Positions 1-12,769 of a DNA stretch of 64,000 bases are shown here, piece after piece. Below the pieces are notes generated by a model. The model was not told where the DNA came from. It made no database searches and saw only the letters and a program-made list of their open reading frames with translations. This DNA is from Isurus oxyrinchus. Its lineage: Eukaryota. Each line of letters opens with the position of its first letter. Positions within the stretch are counted from its first letter, which is position 1. The DNA lies in contig JANJGN010000026.1 of NCBI GenBank assembly GCA_026770705.1, positions 32,798,001 to 32,862,000 of the forward strand. Reading direction: 5' to 3'. A program made the translations under genes and the position numbers.

Positions 1-1020
1 GCCAAGAGTAACATACGAAGAGTTATGTTCTTGCGTTAAATAAACCAGAACAGCGTCTTCTTTAACATAAAACAAGAAATGGATGACTGCACAAATAACC
101 GAATCAGCCACTAGCGTAATATGGCCGAAGCATAATTTAACGCATTGAAATCTAATGCCTGGCCTGCTGTAATGTCAACAGGTATATATTCAACTGCAGT
201 AATAATTGACGCCGGTTCTCCTCTCATGAACGCAGAGATATGGTGGAGCAGAATAATAACTTAGAGACGGCCAATCTGAATTTACATTGACACATGTTCG
301 AGAGCAGAAGGAAATGAGACAGAAGCTAGTGCAAAGAGGTCAGAGACGGGGTCCAGTGAAATATGCACCGATATGCATTCTCGTGCAGTAATAACCGAAC
401 GAGGACCAAGTGCAATACAAAACTGAGACACGGTCTGTAGAAATATTATCATGTAATATAAACAGAAACGTTATCTAGCGTGAAATGAGACAAAGACCTT
501 GGGTAAAATAGACAGAGGGAGCATCCAGTGTAATAATATCTTGGATAAAGCCTGGAATAATCTGCAAATAGACATTTCTTACTTGAGCACTAACAATGGC
601 AGGATGTAAATTAAACAGTTCCATAATCTCGTGCAGTAAAAAATGAGGCTGGTTCAGCGTGATATAAGTACAGGCCTAGTCTCGTGCTGTAATACCAGTG
701 GACTTAGTGCAATATAACCAGAGGCATGGAGGCTTTAGTAATTATTAAAGACAGAAAGTTGTGGAAAAACTCTGCAGGTCTCGAAGCTCTGCGGACTCGA
801 AACGTTAACTCTGTTTCTCTCTCTACAGATGCTGTCAGACTTGCTGTGTTTTTCCAGCATTTTCTGCCTTTATTTCAGACTTCTAGCATCCGCAGTATTT
901 TGCTTTTGATTGTAGGCTTTGTCTGGTGCGGTAAAAACTGAGAAAGGATCTCCTTTAAAAACTAGCGGCATGGTTTAGTGCCTTTTTAAATAGAAAAGTC
1001 CGATAGTAATAGAAACGGAG
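1..1020. repeat. Highly degenerate ~28-bp minisatellite (consensus roughly AAACAGAGACATGGTCTAGTGCAATATA)
   Basis: Recurring GAGAC..GG...AGTGCAATA-like units by eye. Similar tracts at ~2160-2310, ~29120-29900 and ~34660-35000. Confidence 0.5.
748..908. mobile_element. Short Penelope-like terminal fragment with inverted ends
   Basis: GGAAAAACTC.GCAGGTCT...CAGATGCTGTCAGAC.TGCTG.GTTTTTCCAGC, the same sequence as the ends of the 4377-5546 element. Confidence 0.5.
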
Positions 1021-1339
1021 GTGTTGCTGATAAAAGTGAAATTCTGTCATAGCTTTTCATCTAGCACTCATCAGGACAGTTATGCAACAATAAGCTGTCC
1101 TGCTGAGTGCGAGACGGAAAGCTTCGACAGCATTTCCCTTTTTTCAACAACACTCAAGGTCTATTTAGTTTTCCAAGTTACCTTCCCAACTCGCAGCTGT
1201 TAAAACTTATGTTGCTAACTCGATTGTTGCATTCTTCTCTTGTTGTTTGTACAACTGGGCAGCTTTCTCAAGTTCTGCACTAAGAAACAAAGGTATGGTC
1301 CACTGGCACCGGGTGGACGCAGATTAAAACAACAGTGGT

Positions 1340-2130
1340 TAATTGAAGTTAGCTGGAAATGTAAGCAATGAGGAGGACGCTAAAATTTTGATAAGGAATA
1401 CCGACAGACTACGTGGGTGGAAAAACCATACAAGATTGACCAATTGTGAAATTATACACTTTGCAAGGGAAAATTTGAAGAAAAAAAAGGATATTGCAAA
1501 TTGTGAGAGAGTGTTGGTAATCAATGGGAGGTGTGCACTTTGCAGGTCACAGGAAGCTAACATGCTGCCACAGCAATAAATTAGGAAGCCAAATGGTGTG
1601 TTAGCCTTTCTTAACATTGGATGATAGTTCAAGAGTTAAGTCGTCTTTCTGCAATTGTATCGGGCCTTGGTGATATTGCCTAGAGTACTGTGGTACGGTT
1701 TTAATCTCCTTAGCGAAGGAAGGTTATACTAAGTCCTGGAGGGAAAGCGGCAAATGTTGACTGGATTGATTCCTGGCATGAGGTATTTGTTCCATGAGGG
1801 GAGGTTAATTCGACTGTGCGCATATTCAACGGAAATTCTTATGGGTATTGATAGAATAGATGCTGGAGAATCTATAATTAAGGTTCACATTCCCAGAATA
1901 ATTGATTGAACATTTAGGGCTGAGGTTTCTGCACCCAACTGAATGCTCAGTTTTTACATATATAAAATGTAAAGATCGATAGACTTTCGGATATAAAGAG
2001 AATTAAAGGATGTAGAAAAAGTGAAGGATTGTGGAATTGATATAGAAGATCAGCCATGCACTTGTTGCTTCGTGGTGAAAATTCGAAGAATCCATAACCT
2101 CATCTATTCCTTTTTCTTAAGGTTTTATGT
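1340..2130 (+). mobile_element. Degenerate CR1-type LINE 3' fragment (RT C-terminus and 3' UTR)
   Basis: Translation KLAGNVSNEED...CEIIHF and LEYC-like motifs, multiple disruptions. Confidence 0.7.
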
Positions 2131-2619
2131 AGAACTGTCTCATTATTTCTCCATCAAATAGAAGACGTGATTTGGTGCAGTAATTAATGCTACAATGTCT
2201 CGTACAATATAAAAAGATACATGATGCAGTGCAACTGAAACAAACGGTCACATACTCCAATGCAGTCATAACAGAAATAGATCCTCGTAGACTATGAACA
2301 GAAACTCCGTTTAGCTGCCACTAGGTGGCTACAGTTTGCCATAGCACCAGTCCAGATCTGCTTTATTACTGCTACACGTGCGTTTATTTCCAACACTGAT
2401 CTGAAGTTTTCCATCTAACCATGGTGAAAATGGTGCTGAAAGTTATTGTTTGTCACGTTGTCAGGTCAACAAACACTGATTTTTTTTACCCCTTCACGTT
2501 CTGTGGGAGGTCAAAATGGATTTAAAGTGCAACTAATTGCATATGAACTTATCTGATTTGAGCACAGAAATATCAGCGGTGGAGCGACGGGTCTCGCATC
2601 AGAGTAACGCATTTTTGAT

Positions 2620-3330
2620 TATTTTGTTTGAAAAGTTTGAGGTGATACACTTTGGAGGGAGTAATTTGACAAGAAGTTATTTAATGAACAGCATAGCAAT
2701 AGGAATTTCTGAGGAACAAACGGACCTTGACGTGTGTGTCGACATATCTCTAAGGCTGCGGGGTATGTTAGTGGGGTGGTGAAAAAAGCATATGGGACAC
2801 TTGCCTTTATCAATCGAGGCATAGATTACAAAAGTAGGGAGGTCATGTGGACTTGAATAGAACCTTGGTGAGGTCAGAGCTGGAGTACTGTGTGCAGTTC
2901 TGGTCGCCACATTATAGGAAGGATGTGATTGCACTGCACTGGGTGCAGAGGAGATTCCCCAGGGTGTTTTCTGGGATCACACATTTATGTTATGAAGAGA
3001 GGTTGGATAGTCTTGGGTTCAGAATCACAGAATCACAGTGCAGAAGAGGCCCTTTGGCCCATCTAGTCTTCACCGACACGTGAGAAACATGTAACCTACC
3101 TACCTAATGCCATTTACCAGCACTTGGCCCATAGGCTTGAATGTTATGATGTGCCAAGTGCACACCCAGCTACTTTTTAAAGGATGTGAGGCAACCCGCC
3201 TCCACCATCCTCCCAAGCAGTGCATTCTAGACCATCACCACCCGCTGGGTAAAGAGGTTTTTCTCACACAAGCCCCCCCCCCCGCCCCCCACAAACGTCC
3301 TGCCCCTCGCCTTGAACTTATATCGACGTT
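2620..3330. mobile_element. CR1 LINE fragment (+, ~2620-3020) joined to an inverted CR1 3' tail (-, ~3020-3330)
   Basis: ORF LVRSELEYCVQFWSPHYRKDVIAL..VQRRF, then an (AGAATCAC)n tail in reverse orientation. Confidence 0.75.
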
Positions 3331-3879
3331 GATCCATGCAAAATAAACATCTGTGAGGCATTTTAAGGCTAGTTAAAAACTTTTCCTGTTTATTGAGTGG
3401 GTTTCACTCTGGACAATATATAAGTGCTGTTAAAATCTGTACTACCGCTGCCCTCTGCTTATGGCTGCGAATGTGTTGTTTGTTTAAAATTAATTCACAA
3501 GGTGTAGCTTCCGTTGGCAGGGCCAACGATTATTGTCCATCCCTACTTCCCCTTCCGACGACTCAGTGGCATGCTGGGCATTTCTTAGGGCAGTCAATAG
3601 TGAACCATATATCTGTGAGTGCGCAGTCACATAAACACCAGGCAAGGTATGGCTCGGAAAGTTCTTTCACAGAAAGGTGGTTGGCGTTCACGACTAACCA
3701 ATGGTTTCATGGGCACAGTTAGCAATCATGATCCTTTTTTACATTCGGATATACTTGCTTTACTTAATTTGAATTTCCAGGTGGCGATATATATCCTCAT
3801 GCTTCTGGACCATTCGCCCAGCATCTTAATGCCTTGTCCAGTAACATAAGCACTATGACGGGACTGTGATTATTCAACC

Positions 3880-4290
3880 ACGTGGTTCAATGGTAATATC
3901 ACGTCACTGAGTTAGGTGATCATGGGTTAAAGGCCCAATCCCGAGAATTGAGTTCAAAATCTCTCGCTCAATACCGAAGGAGTGTTGAACTGTGGAAATT
4001 TTGTTTTCCACATATATCATCAAATACTATGTCTGCCCACTCAGGTGGATTTAAAATATCTATTGCACTATTTCGAAGAAGAGCAGGGCTGTTCTTGCTG
4101 GCATCTCCCTCAGTGATTGTCTCTTGTGCAACATTGCTATAAAGAAAACATCATCCAGACATTACCACGTTGCTTTTTGTGGGGTGTCGTTGAGGGTAAT
4201 TGGTTCTGTGCTTCTTACAGCAGTGTCTACAATTCGGTGGCTGTACGGATCTCTCGTACGTGAAGAGCTGGAAAAATTGCTATATCTGCA
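3880..4290 (+). mobile_element. Degenerate SINE (Deu-domain/SacSINE-like)
   Basis: CTGCCC.CTCAGGTGGA...GAAGAAGAGCAGG...TTGCT.TTTGTGGG core. Similar copies at ~10540-10750 (-) and ~33010-33320 (+). Confidence 0.5.
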
Positions 4291-4376
4291 GTTTCTAATT
4301 GTTGTTTCACATGTTATCACACACAGTAAAGGCTGTACGACTTTGGTGCATTACAACTCTTGCTCCTTTCCCTATC

Positions 4377-5546
4377 AAAAACAAAAATAAAAATACCTGG
4401 AAAAACTCAGCAGGTCTGACAGCATCTGCGGAGAGGAACACAGTTAACGTGGCGAGTCCGTATGAGTCTTCAACAGAACTAAGGAAAAATAGAAGAGAAG
4501 TGTAATATAAGGTGGTTTGGGGGGGGGGGGAGGGGGTTGCAGTGCGACAGTTAGAGCTGGAGAGAGGGCTAGTGATAGGTGGAGATTGTCAAAAGATGTC
4601 AGAGACAGAAGGACAAAGAGGTGTTGATGGTGGTGATATCTGCAAAGCAATGTGCTAATAGGTGACATTAAGGGTAGAAAGCAGGACAATAGTAGGGGTG
4701 GGCAGGAGGAAGGGGTCGAAATAGGCTGAAAGGTAGAGATTAAACAATGGATGGAAATACATTTAAAAATAATGGAAATAGGTGGGTAAAGAAAAATGTT
4801 TGTAAATTATTGGAAAAAATGGGGATTGGAAAGAAGGTGGGGATGGAGGAGAGAGTTCATGATCTAAAGTTGTTGAACTCAATATTAAGTCCGGAAGGCT
4901 GTAAAGTGCCTAGTCGGAAGATGAGGTGCTGTTCCACAAACTTCACAGCATCTTCAGATTAAGCACTTTATAGCCTTCCAGATTGAATATTGAATTCAAC
5001 AACTTTAGACCATGAACTTGCTCTTCCATCCCCACTCCCTTTCTGATCCCCCTTTTTTCCAATAATTTATATAGATTGTTCTTTTCCCACCTATTTCCAT
5101 TATTTTTAAATGAATTTCCAGCCATTGTTTTATCTCTACCTTTTAGCCTATTTCGATCACTTCCCTTCCCCTCACCCCACCCCCACTCGGGCTATCTGTA
5201 CAGTGCTCATCCTGTTTTCTACCCTTAATGTCGCCATTAGCACGTCTCTTAGCTAATATCACCACCGTCAACACCTCTTTCTCCTTTTGCCTATGACATC
5301 TGTTGGCAGTCTCCAACTATCACAGGCCTTCTATCAAGCTCTACTATCTGCCCCCGCCCCCCTAAACATGTTTATATTTCTTCTCTCTTCTATTTTTCCT
5401 TAGTTCTGTTGAAGAGTCATAAGACTCGAAAAGTTAACTGTATTCTTCCTCGCAGATGCTGTCAGACCTGTTGAGTTTTTCCAGGTATTTTTATTTTTGT
5501 TTTTGATTTGGATTTCCAGCATCCGCAGATCTTTGCTTTTACCTTT
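4377..5546. mobile_element. Penelope-like retroelement insertion forming a ~560-bp inverted repeat with a 17-bp target-site duplication
   Basis: Left arm ~4377-4928 is the reverse complement of the right arm ~4946-5507. Flanks are TTGCTCCTTTCCCTATC (4360-4376) and TTGCTCCCTTCGCTATC (5547-5563). The family name is from recognition of the terminal sequence. Confidence 0.7.
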
Positions 5547-6395
5547 TTGCTCCCTTCGCTATCTCCCTCCTCAGTGTAGTTGGGTGGGAGTACGAAATTC
5601 TTTCCTGGTCCTGTTCAACATCTGTTTTTTATCGGAAATTTGAAACTCTTCCAAGTGCAGCAAAGCATTGAGCCCGTCCCCGGTGCAGAATCTCAGATCG
5701 CCATGAATATAGAATCAGCACCCATGCACTGTCAGGCGGACAACCATTAGGGCATTAGAATAACTACTTTTACAGTCTTTGTAACGATGTTTAAAATCTG
5801 TCTCCATACTTCAATCTCCACACGGAGGCGATTAATCCACTTCCTATAAATAGGTTGGCCGTGACTTTACAACAAAGGAAAAAAACATCCCGACGCTAAT
5901 GCATCAAGTCACTCAGAAGTCAGAATCCCGCCGTGGAATTTCTGCGCCCTGATTTCACCACCTCCTTCCTCTCCATGTGCAAAGTAGTTTCGCTGAAGCC
6001 ACTTGGGGGCCGTTTTTCTTCCTGTTGGATTCAGAGCAGCATATTCTGTCCGCGCTCCTATTGGACGAAAGAGAAATTGTGGCTCACAGAACCAGGTAGG
6101 CAACCCAACACTCAGATATTAGTTTCCAAACATTAGAAACATTAGGGCCGAATGCAGTTCGGGTCCAGATTGCCTTCTCGAAATTTTCAAAGTCTGTGGA
6201 GCATTAGATTCGGAAAGAAGAAAATGTCAAAGGATTTCGGAGCTTCCGTTATAATTTTTTCTCTGAAACTAGGTGAGTGGTGTAAGCCCCATTAAAACAC
6301 AAGTTTGATAAAATTGACATGCATCTGATGAGTGAGGGTATGTGGTGCGAACACAAGGAGAGCTGTGGTGAGACAAAGGGAATAACAAGTTATGT

Positions 6396-6498
6396 AGGAC
6401 GGACGGACGGATGGACGGAAGGATGGACGGACAGATAGATGGCAGGACGGATGGATGGGCTGATGCATGAATGGATCGTTGGGTGTGCGGACGGATGG
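6396..6498. repeat. (GGAY)n tetranucleotide microsatellite, degenerate
   Basis: GGAC/GGAT repeats. Confidence 0.85.
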
Positions 6499-6689
6499 AG
6501 CGAGGCAAAAGTGAATGAGGGATCGGTATTCGGATAGATTTAATTGATTATTCGTTTGGATGTGGATGGAATTTGCAAGCGCATTCCTTAAACTTCAATA
6601 CACGGGCCAGTGATTTATACACAATAATTATAAGAAAACCATAATCCAGTGAACATAACAATGTAATACTCTGGTATATTTAGCTCAGA

Positions 6690-7560
6690 CTTTGCAGATG
6701 ACATGAGATGTTTATAATAAACAATGAAGCAGACGGTAACAAACCTCAGAAGGGATGTGGACATTTCAATTTGCCAGTCACATACCAGATGGAATTTAAC
6801 CTGGAGAAGTGTGAAGCGATGCATTTTGGTGGGAAGAATGAGGGTATCTGATATAAACTAAATGATGCACTTTGATCGACGCCGTAGGAACAGAGACATG
6901 GATACAGTGCAATGTGCAGAAACTTTTAAAGTTAGCAGTGAATGCTGAGACTTCGGTAAAGAACCTTTTAGATTCTTGGTTTCATTAATAGGAATAAGAT
7001 GCTATGCTAAACATTTCTACAAAGCTGGGGCGCCCTCAGTTGTGTACTAATATGCGAACCACACCTGATGGATAATTTGAGGGTCTTGGAGAAGATGCGG
7101 GAGAGATTTATGAGGAAGGTAAGAATGAAGAGGGGCTTTAGCTTTGTGGAGATACGGAGAATCTGCAGTTGTTCTGTGTAGAACAGAAGCCTGGGAGGAG
7201 ATTTGATGGAGATATTAACAACTATGAGCTGTTTTGGTTGAATAAATAAGGCAAGTTGTATCCAGCGGCGGAACGCTGATAATCAGAGGACTTGGATTGA
7301 AATTAATTTGCAAAAGAATCAGAGGCATCCCGAGCAGCCATTTATTTACAATGTGTGTTGTTGTGTTGCAGAATGCGCTGCCTGAAACGATGGTGGAAGC
7401 AGATTCAATATCAACTATCAAAAAATAATTGGGTATCTACTTGAAATGGGAACTTTAGCTAGGCAAAGCTCGCGGGACAAACAGTGGAGTGGGAACAATT
7501 TGTTGTCTCTGCCAAAGAGGCTACAAAGACACGATATGCTCAATGGCCTCATTCCATAGT
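6690..7560 (+). mobile_element. Degenerate CR1 LINE 3' fragment
   Basis: TTTGCAGATGAC (FADD) motif, then QMEFN.EKCE.MHFG-like translation and CR1 3' UTR. Confidence 0.7.
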
Positions 7561-7642
7561 GCGATGAAGGAAGGGAACGTGTATTCATTGATGTCTCCAG
7601 TACTTAAGGCCCATTTGTTTCCTGTTCATTTACTATTCGAAG

Positions 7643-7950
7643 GTCTGTGCTATTCAAATATAGTTAAGCAACCTGCATCTTCAGTGTCATGTTTGGAGAA
7701 AGAACGCATGGTGTTGCCCTATTCATACTCCACAGACAGCCACTGATATCATCTGCTCTGGTACCGACAAGAAAGGGCAGAGGCGCCGGAACTTTTAGTC
7801 AAAATGAATTCGGAGGAACAAGGGTAGGAAGCAGAACGTCCAGGAGGCCGGATCTCGTCAAAACTCCGAGCATTTGATCGTTTTTTCAATTTAACCCTGA
7901 CAGATGTGCAGCCGAGTGACAGTGGGATGTTTTATTGTGTGCTGAATATT
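7643..7950 (+). pseudogene. TCR alpha/delta V pseudogene
   Basis: GLCYSNIVKQP...YSYSTDSH*YHLLWYRQ...QG*...FNLTLTDVQPSDSGMFYCVLNI, with two in-frame stops, followed by an RSS. Confidence 0.85.
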
Positions 7951-7989
7951 CACTTTGATACAAACTGATACAAGCCCCGTACGGAAACT
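7951..7989 (+). promoter_or_regulatory. 23-RSS (degenerate)
   Basis: CACTTTG - 23 nt - ACGGAAACT. Confidence 0.8.
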
Positions 7990-8318
7990 ATCGCCGGATT
8001 GCAATATAACCTGAATAGTGGGAGTTAATTTTGTGAACACTGAATCTTCACCTCTGGCAGCACCAGAATTAGATACCGACTCCTTCCGGCTGTAAATTTG
8101 CATCCGGAGTTAAAAAGGTTAATTGACAGAAAGTCAAGTTTGCGAACATTTCGGATTCGGAACAAAAACGGGAGAATTTTAACTTTCGATTGGAAACAAA
8201 GAGGGAACAGCCTGCGACAGGAAAAGCGAAAGCCAAGGAAAAGAGGAAATAAAGAGAGGGAGTGAGAGAGAGAGAGAGAGAGGGAGAGAGAGAGAAAGGG
8301 AGGAAAATATGCCGAGGT

Positions 8319-8405
8319 GTTGGGAAAGATACAGAGGAAGAAAACAAGGGTTGACGCAGGGAATAGAAAGAGTGTGTGTCCGTCTGTGTGTACTTGCAAT
8401 TGTCT

Positions 8406-8445
<40 letters not shown>

Positions 8446-9339
8446 CAACGGAGGGAGACACAGACAAAGACAGAAATTTAGAAAAAGGACAAGAATGCGA
8501 TTGACAAAGAGGGACATGTGCAGCCGGGGGCAGGGGCAGTAAGATATAAGACAGAGGAAAACATAGACAGTCAAAGAGAGAGAGAACCCGCTGCTCATTC
8601 TATAAAATCCTCCGGTTCAATTTCTGATTTCCAGCAAATCGTGTTTTAATTTTGTCCCATTGTGTGATTTCAATGTGACTAAATTCTGTTCGATTGATCA
8701 AGGGACATCGAGCTCTCGGCGACCGCAATGCAGAAACCGCTCGTTTAACTGTTCAGCGTGGAATTGGGAAACTGAACAGTGGAAACGGTTAATAGCTGCA
8801 CGTCCCTCAGGCACTGAGGTTGGAAGTTGGGAAAGATACAGAGGAAGAAAACAAGGGTTGACGCAGGGAACAGAAAGAGTGTGTGTCAGTCTGTGTATAC
8901 TTGCAATTGCCTGTGTGTGTGTGAGAGAGAAAGAGAGAGAGAGACAACGGAGGGAGACACAGACAAAGACAGAAATTTAGAAAAAGGACAAGAATGCGAT
9001 TGACAAAGAGGGACATGTGCGGGGGGGGGGGGGATGTGGGGGCAGGGGCAGTAAGATATAAAGACAGAGGAAAACAGAGACAGTCAAAGAGAGAGAACCC
9101 ACTGCCCATTCTATAAAATCCTCCGGTTCAATTTCTGATTTCCAGCAAATCGTGTTTTAATTTTGTCCCATTGTGTGATTTCAATGTGACTAAATTCTGT
9201 TCGATTGATCAAGGCACATCGAGCTCTCGGCGACCGCAATGCAGAAACCGCTCGTTTAACTGTTCAGCGTGGAATTGGGAAACTGAACAGTGGAAACTGT
9301 TAACAGCTGCACATCCCTCAGGCACTGAGGTTAGAAGTT
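8319..9339. repeat. Tandem duplication of a ~510-bp unit (8319-8825 / 8826-~9339) containing (GT)n(GA)n
   Basis: Near-identical sequence. The ORF track shows the duplicated MCDFNVTKF... peptides. Confidence 0.9.
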
Positions 9340-11069
9340 TAGAAAAGTGTAGTTGTTACGAGCGGCAGTCTCTAGCATTCCCATTCACCTCCTTTTATTT
9401 ATTAGGTGTTTTTAATGAACTGAAAGGAAATTAAGAGATGTAATACAGAAATAGGAGTTCAAACACCCGCCCATTTTACGACATTGTTTTTTTGAACACT
9501 ACAGTATATAATGTTTTTAATTCCAATTGTCTTCAACTGTCCCCAATTAAACACGAATTGTCTTCAAGCATCAATAACTGCCTTTCCAAAATCGTCTTTC
9601 AAACTCCTCAACTCATCTGCCATTGTCACACACTGTGTCAAAATTTCTTTATGTTTAAATAAATTGCTCGGTCAGTCAAACATTCTATTTTTCTGTGAAT
9701 CTGACTCTCCCCCATTCTGTATGTCTCTCCATTGGACAAATTCTACCGCTGCATTTGGAAACATAATATTTCTGGATAGGAATAGAAGGAGGCCATTCGA
9801 GCCTGCTCGGCATTTATTAAGAGAATTGTCGGTCTGTCCATCAACTTCATTACCTTACCTCCATTTCCGTAGGAACAGCACTGGTAAACAAACTCTGAGG
9901 AATGGAGTTCAAACACACGTGAGCATTCGTTTGTTCAATTTTATCTCTATTGCCTCAATCACTCGACCATCCCGCTTCACTGGAATTACCTACCTTTCGT
10001 TCAATCAACCTGATGGTTGGTTGGTTTCCGTCAAAAATTTATCCATCCCTATCCTTGCCTGAAAGCATTATTATGTTATGGTCAGCAATGCCTAGATGTT
10101 CCCCTGGCTTTATTCCCTTCCTGATTTGTTTCATTCCCCGTTATTTTGCTGTTCTTTTTCTTTTGCATTTTGCTTTAGAAAGACATCCAGTGCACATTCT
10201 GGGAACTCCATTCCCTTAGCGCCTTTACATACTTCTCCCAGGGAAGTAATAGTAGATAGTGCAAGCCCCATTATTATTACTCTGTTTGTTACTAAATTCC
10301 TTAATTTGTCTGTCGATTACATTCTTCAACTCCCTTCAAGACACAGATCAATTCAGAGATGGAGATGTGGAAATAAAGAGCTACAGAGTGACGCAGAGAC
10401 ACACAAAGAGAGTGAGAAAATTCCAGTGAGAGAGAGTCCTGTTAGTGGGATTTAATGTAACAGTTAACACTGCAATCAGTGTAACGAATTGAATCCCATC
10501 TTCTGACTCTAATTCGCATTCTGTCTCTCAAAAGCAAACAAGAAAGGAAAACATATATTTATATAGCGCCTTTCATGAAATCTGAACTTTACCAAGCACT
10601 TTAGAGCCAAAGAAGGCTTTGGACCGTATTCACTTCCTTTATATGGGAAACTTGGCAGGCAATTTACGTACGTCAAGCTCCCACAAACAGCAAGGTGATA
10701 ACTAAGGAATATTCTAATGACCCAATTTACAGTGATGTTGATTAGGCGCGGTGGGGGAGGGGGTGTGGGTGGTGGTTGGAGGGGGCAATTAAAATTGGCA
10801 TATATCATGCAACCTGTCAGTCTGTCATTGAAGCTGCCATTTCCACTCTTGCATCGCAGAGATTTAAATTCCTGTACATTTTTTCTGGCGGCTGCCTCAC
10901 GTAACTCCACTGTTCACATGGACAGTGGGCTGTATCCCATAACATATGGTTCAGGATTTATGTAGTTCTTGCTGATGGTATGAAGCTCTATTGCTGGTAT
11001 GCTTTTTATTTTGATAACATGTTGTCTTTCATCTGTTTGACACCGATATTCATTTTCATTAACCCACTG

Positions 11070-12305
11070 AGGAAATGGGGCCCGTGGTTCAGGATTCACC
11101 GTACATCATGGTGAGTTACGGAGGCAGTGTGACCTTGAACTGCAATTATTCCACACCACACCTTCATCCTTCACTTCTCTGGTATATTCAATACCCAGAG
11201 AGAAAACCTCAATATATATTGGAAAAAAAGCGAGTTCGGAAAAAACAATGCGACACAAAACCATAACAATCTTTATCATGTTTTTGTGATTTATTTGTAA
11301 AGTAGGTTTATGGGGTGGGTGTGTACGATTCTGTCTGTGTGATTTAGTTAATTTTGAGTCAGATAGACTGCAAGCTTGAAATTGTCAAAAGGAGTTAGGA
11401 GTGGAGGGGTGCTTGAAATGTTAAGGAGTAAACATGGACGAGATCTTAGCACATAAGTTGTGAAGGAAACTTGCATTTTAGACAAGTGGAGTGGTTTGGA
11501 TTTCAAAGGAATGGTCGGATGTTTACAACTGGCAAGATAACCAAGGCATGCAGTGTGTTTATTTTTCCCAAAAAGAAGGAGGTCATTTTGGAAACATGAA
11601 ATATTTTACATTATGGGGAAAATATATTTGCAAATGCATATGGAACAATAGAATTTACAGATCAAAGAGAGAGAAACATATATAAAGGGGAATGAAAGGC
11701 TCTGTTGGGGGGCGGTATGTATGTATGATCTAACAGGAGTGTGTGAAACAGCCTTAGGGAAGCCTCCAGCCATGTTAGCAAAAGTATGCTGTGTACAGTA
11801 ACTAAAGTTGGGCAAACGCCTTTGGAATTCTACTGGCGAGCGGGTGCTGTGGTAACATTGCTGGCTTGTTTTCTATCATTTAAAATCTATTTTGGGCTCC
11901 AGCTCTAAGTGCGTGTGTAGTTGGAAGGCAAGTTAATTAGGAAGTTTGAGATTTGGTATCGTATTAAGTGACTCTAATCTTATGCATTCGCTTGAAATGT
12001 TTTCTTTTGTAAATTCATGCTTAAATATAGTATTTTTTTAAATCTATAAATGTGCTAGTGGACTCATTACTTCACAATTCAGTGCACAAAACGTCTTTTA
12101 ATAAGAAAAATTGCAAAATCATTGTGGTAGCGTGGCCAAGTTTCCCTCGTGCATTTGGTCCGCCAGGCACACATCACCTGCCACGTCATAACAAACACCT
12201 TTGGGAAGTATCTGTTGTATGCTACATTACATAAAGCTGCAAGAATGGTCCATTTAACCATTGACTAGGCGAAGTTGTCTGACAACGGTCTGTGTAGCTA
12301 GGAAA
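11070..12305 (+). pseudogene. TCR V pseudogene split by a ~0.9-kb insertion
   Basis: 5' half 11075-~11270 reads GPVVQDSPYIMVSYGGSVTLNCNYST...LLWYIQYPERKPQYIL. 3' half 12194-12305 reads NTFGKYLLYATLHKAARMVHLTID*AKLSDNGLC. Degenerate RSS CACAACA-23-ACAATAAGC at 12306-12344. Confidence 0.75.
11274..12193. mobile_element. Insertion interrupting the V exon, possibly a solo LTR
   Basis: Non-coding block between the two V halves. Ends TATCATG...CATAACA are imperfect TG..CA-type termini. No clear TSD. Confidence 0.4.
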
Positions 12306-12769
12306 CACAACATCACCTGACCACGAGAGACCCGGACAATAAGCTTTCCTTTCTTTCCAATGTGACATCCTGACTCCAAACAACAGGCAATTGTTTGGAA
12401 CCCCCAAACACCAGTGCCTCCGCACCTGCCTCCCCACTCCACACACACACACCCCACACCCAGCCGCACCGCCCCCCCCCACCCCCCGCAAGTTAAGTGA
12501 TGCAAATTCTGTTAAAAGCACTCATCGGTTATTTATATTTGTTTCAGCATCTTGCCAATTAGTCTTTCTACACCTCTCTTGGTTCTTACTGCTCATTTCG
12601 TTCTGTGTGACTTCCTGCATGCCTGTCTGTCATTCTCTCTCTCTCTCCGCAATAACAATTTAACGAGCCTCAAGACCCAGAAACTCCGCAATAATCGTGG
12701 AATTTGATTTGCTTCAGCTGCTCATGTAATTGGCTTTTGAAAGGCATGTGCCTTTTCCACCCCCTTGTC

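Noticed and set aside
8025-9109. Several 100-139-aa ORFs
   Set aside because: Low-complexity translations of (GA)n/(GT)n microsatellites.
9511-10062. 183-aa ORF
   Set aside because: No recognisable domain and it overlaps repeat-derived sequence.
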